64,000 bases of DNA, from NCBI GenBank assembly GCA_000146465.1, contig CP001946.1, one strand, 5' to 3'. The notes below the pieces were generated by a model, which ran no database searches, was not told the origin of the DNA, and was given only the letters and a program-made list of their open reading frames with translations. A program made the position numbers and the translations under genes. Of the stretch, positions 59,283-64,000 are shown in pieces; positions within the stretch are counted from its first letter, which is position 1; every line of letters starts with the position of its first letter.

Positions 59283-59510
59283 ATGCATCTTATAAGGCTG
59301 AGGTGTACCGATAGGATGTCGGTGTCTGTTTTGATTACCATAGGAGTGGATAATACAATCAAAGAACTGAAGGAGGAAATATGCCGGCATATAGGAAAAG
59401 ACAGGGAGCAAATTACTCTTAAGAGGGAAAATAGGGAACTAGCAGACAGCATTGAAATTGATGCATACGAGCTTAAAGATGGGGAGTGTATAGAGATTGA
59501 GTACAGATGA
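59283..59510 (+). CDS. HUB1: Hub1/UBL5 ubiquitin-like modifier (splicing-associated)
   Basis: LIRLRCTDRMSVSVLITIGVDNTIKELKEEI...LKDGECIEIEYR aligns with Hub1 ([30 protein letters not shown]...HDGMNLELYYQ). It ends without a di-Gly, as Hub1 does. Confidence 0.75.
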   Translation: MHLIRLRCTDRMSVSVLITIGVDNTIKELKEEICRHIGKDREQITLKRENRELADSIEIDAYELKDGECIEIEYR

Positions 59511-59595
59511 GCAAGTTCTCATGATTAGGGTGGTCTTTACCCGCGAGAAATAGTCTCTGATGTTATACTAAAAGTGAAGATATTATAGACCCAGG

Positions 59596-60897
59596 ATGTC
59601 CAAAAAGATAATAAGAGAAAAAATAAAGAGTGGAAAGAAAATAGCAGAGGAGGCACTGAAGGATGTGGTGAACTACGATATACTTAGGACAGAGTCTTGT
59701 GGATACATTGAAGTAGATTCAGACGAAAAAACTTATGATGTGACACAAGGGAAGATTCGAAAGTATGTTAGTATCAAAGCATCTGAGCAGGCGTACGATC
59801 TGAAACTAGAAAACGGCCCTGTGCATGCCAAATATTCGAGAAATGGAAACCACATTCTTCTAAGAAATGATAAAGGATATTTGGCATCGTTTAATAGCAA
59901 ATCGATGGATCTTCATTTTGAGATGGATGTGAATGAAACAATACACGATGCAATATATCTCCACAACGAACGGTTTATTGCAGTTGCTCAAAAGAACAAT
60001 GTTTTCATATACGACGGGAATGGAGTTGAACAGCATTGCGTAAGAGAAAACAGCCATGTATTTAAAATGGAATATCTCCCATACCACTACCTTCTGGCAA
60101 GTGCATCGCACCAAGGGTTCTTAAGGTACCAAGATATATCTACAGGAAAGATTGTTAGCGAAATTTTTATAAAAGAGCGAAGAGTTACTTCTATGAAACA
60201 GAATCCGGCAAATGCCATCATACATACCGGCAGCATCAAAGGTGTTGTTAGCCTGTGGTCTCCTAACTGTAAAGAATATCTTATGAAAATACTATGTCAT
60301 AGAAATACCATTTCAAGCATTGAGATTGAGAGAAGTGGAAGGTACATGATCACAGCAGGGATGGACAATAGAATTAACGTGTGGGACCTGAGGAATACGT
60401 ATACGCAACTCAACAGCCTGAAAGGAAAGACCAGCTTGTCTGCAACATCCTTGAGCCAGAAGAACATGCTGGCCCTATCCTATGGGAACAACGTCTATAT
60501 ATGGAAAAACTTCATTGATTTGAATTCTGACGAGGCGCTATATATGAAGCACAAGACGGGAACACTTGTATCAAGCATTGACTTCTGCAACTATGAGGAC
60601 ATACTATGTGTTGGAAGCTTGAATGGAATATCAACGATCATCGTTCCAGGATGTGGAGATCCGGTATATGACTCCTACGAGGATTCTCCATTTATTTCTA
60701 AGAAAGCAAGAAGTGAAAAGGAGGTTAGAAGTTTGATAGAAAAGATACCTTACGAGCTTATATCCATAGACTCCAAAGTTGGAAGTATTTTCAAAGAACC
60801 TAGAATGGATAGACCTAAGGAGGAGTTGCCTAGGTATTTTGAAGATAAGCCTGTTAGAAGGGGAGCCTTGAGTAGGTTCTATGATAGAGGAGATTGA
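59596..60897 (+). CDS. UTP7: U3 snoRNP / SSU processome WD40 protein Utp7 (WDR46/BING4)
   Basis: YSRNGNHILLRNDKGYLASFN...ETIHDAIYLHNERFIAVAQKNNVFIYDGNGVEQHC...LEYLPYHYLLASASHQGFLRYQDISTGKIV...QNPANAIIHTGSIKGVVSLWSPN matches Utp7 conserved blocks (YTRNGRHLLLGG.KGH.A..DW; FLHNE.FFAVAQKKY.YIYD; LEFLPYHFLLAT; QNP.NAVI..GH.NGTV..WSPN). Confidence 0.85.
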   Translation: MSKKIIREKIKSGKKIAEEALKDVVNYDILRTESCGYIEVDSDEKTYDVTQGKIRKYVSIKASEQAYDLKLENGPVHAKYSRNGNHILLRNDKGYLASFNSKSMDLHFEMDVNETIHDAIYLHNERFIAVAQKNNVFIYDGNGVEQHCVRENSHVFKMEYLPYHYLLASASHQGFLRYQDISTGKIVSEIFIKERRVTSMKQNPANAIIHTGSIKGVVSLWSPNCKEYLMKILCHRNTISSIEIERSGRYMITAGMDNRINVWDLRNTYTQLNSLKGKTSLSATSLSQKNMLALSYGNNVYIWKNFIDLNSDEALYMKHKTGTLVSSIDFCNYEDILCVGSLNGISTIIVPGCGDPVYDSYEDSPFISKKARSEKEVRSLIEKIPYELISIDSKVGSIFKEPRMDRPKEELPRYFEDKPVRRGALSRFYDRGD

Positions 60898-60989
60898 ACA
60901 AATGGTCTTGGTATTCCGAGTGAGTAAAACAGATGGTTTTCTTTAAGAAATTTTAATTTTTCGATGTTCTGGGAAACATGTAAAGTTAA

Positions 60990-62000
60990 CTACTTCGATT
61001 CAAAAAACGGATGCTTCAGACATTCTTCTGCAGTAGGCCTACTTTGGTGATCATAAACCAATATCCTCTCCAACAGGTCTATTGCATTGGCATATAAGGC
61101 AGCCGATCCAGGAGGTGAAAAGGAGGAAAGTAACACTCTTTCTCCCGTACCCTCGTGTTTTGGGCTGAGTGGGTCCATCTTGTATTTCTCAATGTACTTT
61201 CTTAGGTCAGTGTATCCTAAAACTCTAGCTATCTTAACAAGTTGATCACTATTACTTTCTCCATGGAAAAAAGGTCTTCTCCTAAATACTAACTCTGCAA
61301 GTACACATCCAAAGGACCAAATGTCAAGAGAATAGTCGTAGTATGGATAATCAACCAGTAGTTCCGGGCTTTTGTAGTATCGGCTTGCAACTCTTACACT
61401 ATATTCTTTTCTTGGGTGATAAAACTCAGCAAGTCCCCAGTCGATTATCTTCAACTCTCTTTTTTCCTGATTGATTACCATATTCTGCGGCTTGATGTCT
61501 CTATGAATTATCCCCATGCCGTGGCAGTAGCTAAGTGCAGAAAGAATCTGTCTGGAATACTCGACAACATCCTTGTAACTTAATTTTTCAAATATTTTTG
61601 CATAGTCTTCGTGCTCTACATATTCGAAGATCAAAGAGTATATTTGAGACTCAGAATCTACAACAACATCCATCAAGTTTATGATGTTTTTATGAGAAAG
61701 ATTCTTCAGTATTAGAACCTCTCTGCATATCTTTGCCTTCCGTACGGGCTTTAAAGTTTTTATTACTATCTTCTCTCTATCCTTCCGCCCTTCAAAGACC
61801 TCGGAGTACTTTCCTCGGCCCATTCGCTGGTATATTTGGTATCTTTCTATGCATCCAGTAGGTATGCTATAGTATTCATAATTCCAATACTTCTCATCCT
61901 TCTTCTCATTAACATACACGTTTGATTTCGCTATAGTTGGAATAACCATTGTGTAGGGATTCTTAGGAAGGCCAGGAAAGTAAAATCCTGATAAAACCAT
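60990..62000 (-). CDS. CKA1: Casein kinase II catalytic subunit alpha
   Basis: YQIYQRMGRGKYSEVFEG, HRDIKPQNMVINQEKRELKIIDWGLAEFYHP, VRVASRYYKSPELLVDYPYYDYSLDIWSFGC and RPFFHGESNSDQLVKIARVLGT match CK2 alpha almost block for block. Confidence 0.92.
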   Translation of the reverse strand: MVLSGFYFPGLPKNPYTMVIPTIAKSNVYVNEKKDEKYWNYEYYSIPTGCIERYQIYQRMGRGKYSEVFEGRKDREKIVIKTLKPVRKAKICREVLILKNLSHKNIINLMDVVVDSESQIYSLIFEYVEHEDYAKIFEKLSYKDVVEYSRQILSALSYCHGMGIIHRDIKPQNMVINQEKRELKIIDWGLAEFYHPRKEYSVRVASRYYKSPELLVDYPYYDYSLDIWSFGCVLAELVFRRRPFFHGESNSDQLVKIARVLGYTDLRKYIEKYKMDPLSPKHEGTGERVLLSSFSPPGSAALYANAIDLLERILVYDHQSRPTAEECLKHPFFESK

Positions 62001-62042
62001 TTAATGTTATTGACCAGGATTGAAGTAGACAAATCTACCAAC

Positions 62043-62915
62043 TCATTGCCTTGAGTAAGAGGACTTAACTCTGAACACACCCTGTTGCCCTGTCAAACAT
62101 ATCAGGGTTCCATCTTGGTGTATAAGCTGTCCTTCGCAAATAGCTTTTGAATTCCTTATTCCTTTACACTTTACAATATAATACAAATAGCAATCATCAA
62201 TATTTTTTTCAAGATTCACAAAGTTCACTACATGGTTCAAAGAAGTCAATAGAGATAGATCCTTGGAGAATAGAGACAGATTCGACGTTATGAGAGCAGT
62301 TTCCATTAGTAGTATATCGGTAATTAAGGTGATAAGGGAAGCCTTCTCGACCATACTCTCAGGTTTTTCTTTTATTCTAATACGGATTTGTCTCATGTCC
62401 TTATTCTCTTTCCCTACATCCACATCCAACACCTTGAACAGCATCAACATGTTTTCATATAGAACCTGGAACTTGACGGCTATCTCTGCCTGGTTTGTCG
62501 AGGTGTTGGCAAGGGACCTTGATATATATTCCGAAAACGGGATAAATTCATCATCATAAGCTGTATACGGGGGACTTTCGTAGTCATGGGAATTGTTATC
62601 CGGCCTGCTAAAGCTGATATGAGAACTAGATATCAAAACATCGTCCTGATAGCAATCTACCTGCCTCATGTCCATGATACTACCATTTCTTAGATTTTTA
62701 ACCGAATACCTAACCTTTTTGTCAGATTTACATCGATTAATAAACAGAATGTTCATTGTAACCGGGACTGAATCCGAGCTGACGGTTGAAAATGCAGACG
62801 CAAGGGATTGTGCTGCCAACTGTCCTCCGAATGCAGGGTATCCCGGCAAAGGAGACCAAAGGTTACTTCCTTCAAAGGTCCAGCTGTCAAGCCTTGCTAT
62901 TTTGAGAAATTCCAT
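62043..62915 (-). CDS. Acyl-CoA thioesterase II (TesB/Tes1-type double hotdog)
   Basis: The N-terminal PGYPAFGGQLAAQSLASAFSTV matches the thioesterase-II motif (VFGGQ..AQAL.AA..TV). The 290 aa length fits the two-hotdog architecture. Confidence 0.6.
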   Translation of the reverse strand: MEFLKIARLDSWTFEGSNLWSPLPGYPAFGGQLAAQSLASAFSTVSSDSVPVTMNILFINRCKSDKKVRYSVKNLRNGSIMDMRQVDCYQDDVLISSSHISFSRPDNNSHDYESPPYTAYDDEFIPFSEYISRSLANTSTNQAEIAVKFQVLYENMLMLFKVLDVDVGKENKDMRQIRIRIKEKPESMVEKASLITLITDILLMETALITSNLSLFSKDLSLLTSLNHVVNFVNLEKNIDDCYLYYIVKCKGIRNSKAICEGQLIHQDGTLICLTGQQGVFRVKSSYSRQ

Positions 62916-63003
62916 GGGGGATTCCCTCAGTAAGGTTTTTTATAGGAATGAGAAGATTGAAATGTTATGGCTGATGAAAAGGAATTTTTTTCTACCTTGC
63001 AAA

Positions 63004-64000
63004 ATGTCTCTGGAGAGAGAACCGTTGAAAGGAAAAGTATTTGTGTTTACAGGGGACATGAAGATGAGCAGAGACGATGCGAAGGCAAGAGTAATGGTTC
63101 TCGGTGGGAGATGCACAACAGCACCATCGTCCAAGACGTCCTTTCTTGTTGTGGGAGACAATCCTGGGCCGATGAAGATACAAAAAGCAAATGAATTGAA
63201 TATAAAAATCCTAAACGAAGAGGAATTTGTTAAATTGGTTGAGAGTAACATAGATGATTTTAGCAGTACACCCGAGACAGAAAAACATCTAAAAATGGAT
63301 CCGGAAAAAGGGGGTGGGTCTGCTTTAAGTAGTGTATGGAATGAAAAGTACAGGCCCAAGAGAAAAGATGAAATTATAGGAAATCCAGGGATTATGAAGC
63401 AGTTGGAGGACTATCTTCAGGGATGTACAAAATATAAGGCAGCTTTGTTAAGTGGGCATCCGGGAATTGGAAAAACAACCATGGCCCACATTGTCTGTAG
63501 ATCTCTTGGATTTGATGTAGTCGAGTTCAATGCCAGTGATATTAGAAACAAATCGGAGATAAGTAGCAAGGTAAGGAGTTTTACCAATAGCCAATCGATT
63601 TGTTCCGGAACATCAAAGAAGAAAGCTCTCATAATGGACGAAGTCGACGGGATGTCAAGTGACAGAGGGGGAATTCCCGAGCTTGTAAGTGTGATTAAAA
63701 AGACAACAATACCAATTATATGCATATGCAACGATCGCAATAATCTGAAAATAAGAACATTGTCCAACCATTGCTTGGATCTAAGATTTAGAAAACCAGA
63801 CTCTAGGCCAGTACTCTTAAGAATAAAACATATACTGGAGAAGGAGGGAAAAAGAATACCTGATGGAGTTCTAAGTGAAATAATAGCAAAGAGCAACGGA
63901 GATATAAGATACGCCATCAGCATGGTACAAGGAATTTCACTCAGAAGAACTCTTAATTCCAGTATATCTACAAACTTCGTCAAGAAGAGCGTAATGAAGA
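63004..64000 (+). CDS. RFC1: Replication factor C large subunit (RFC1), 5' part (BRCT + AAA+ module); gene continues past the window end
   Basis: The ORF is absent from the supplied track because it has no stop within the window. BRCT: LKGKVFVFTGDMKMSRDDAKARVMVLGGRCTTAPSSKTSFLVVGDNPGPMKIQKANELNIKIL. Clamp-loader box: VWNEKYRPKRKDEIIGNPG. AAA+ Walker A LLSGHPGIGKTTMAHIV, Walker B LIMDEVDGM, sensor-1 IICICNDR. Alternative in-frame starts lie at 62962 and 62974. Confidence 0.85.
   Translation, partial: MSLEREPLKGKVFVFTGDMKMSRDDAKARVMVLGGRCTTAPSSKTSFLVVGDNPGPMKIQKANELNIKILNEEEFVKLVESNIDDFSSTPETEKHLKMDPEKGGGSALSSVWNEKYRPKRKDEIIGNPGIMKQLEDYLQGCTKYKAALLSGHPGIGKTTMAHIVCRSLGFDVVEFNASDIRNKSEISSKVRSFTNSQSICSGTSKKKALIMDEVDGMSSDRGGIPELVSVIKKTTIPIICICNDRNNLKIRTLSNHCLDLRFRKPDSRPVLLRIKHILEKEGKRIPDGVLSEIIAKSNGDIRYAISMVQGISLRRTLNSSISTNFVKKSVMK

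Noticed and set aside
62940-63983. Minus-strand ORFs 62940-63359 and 63417-63983 from the track
   Set aside because: They are antisense to the RFC1 frame, which has clear BRCT and AAA+ motifs. Their translations are low-complexity and hydrophobic, with no motifs.
1-64000. CRISPR arrays, transposons/IS elements, tRNA genes, prokaryotic operon-type defence systems
   Set aside because: No direct-repeat/spacer arrays, no transposase-like or RT-like ORFs, no inverted terminal repeats, and no tRNA cloverleaf candidates in any spacer over 70 bp were found on inspection. The gene content is uniformly eukaryotic housekeeping.

Overview
This 64-kb window looks like a core chromosomal segment of a highly compacted, intron-poor eukaryotic genome. 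Features are an estimated ~41% GC (eyeballed, not computed), one gene per ~1 kb on both strands, and spacers often 20-100 bp or even overlapping by 4 nt. The best fit is a microsporidian-type genome, possibly Encephalitozoon-like; that placement is inferred from architecture and the degree of protein divergence, not from a database hit. I could call about 60 protein-coding genes from motif-level recognition of the translated ORFs, and I found one 5S rRNA gene with an oligo-T Pol III terminator. The window ends inside an RFC1 gene that the ORF track misses because it has no in-window stop. The genes are ordinary housekeeping functions in several groups. DNA replication and genome maintenance is represented by the Pol alpha C-terminus, PCNA, primase large subunit Pri2, Mre11, a Dbf4-type zinc-finger protein, RFC1, an SF1 helicase, and an OB-fold protein. 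RNA processing and ribosome biogenesis is represented by Cbf5, Rrb1/GRWD1, RIO1, Imp3, Utp7, Lsm1, Clp1, Bud31, Hub1, an SF3b3-like protein, an SR-like RRM protein, a DEAD-box helicase, and eL30. Ubiquitin-proteasome genes are two 20S alpha subunits, a PCI lid subunit, listerin, a ZnF-UBP USP, and Sgt1. ER and lipid metabolism is represented by CDS1, Phs1, MBOAT, an SMP-domain protein, Yop1, two tandem Ste24 paralogs, and a syntaxin. Miscellaneous genes are TyrRS, CK2 alpha, GGT, ABCF, MCTS1, a monothiol glutaredoxin, and an acyl-CoA thioesterase. I found no prokaryotic-type systems, no CRISPR, no mobile elements and no tRNAs. The most notable items are the tandem Ste24 duplicates bracketing a glutaredoxin, several lineage-specific proteins (some with a signal peptide), two unusually long spacers that probably hide small genes, abutting or overlapping gene pairs, and a reduced OB-fold protein that may be a telomere/ssDNA-binding factor.
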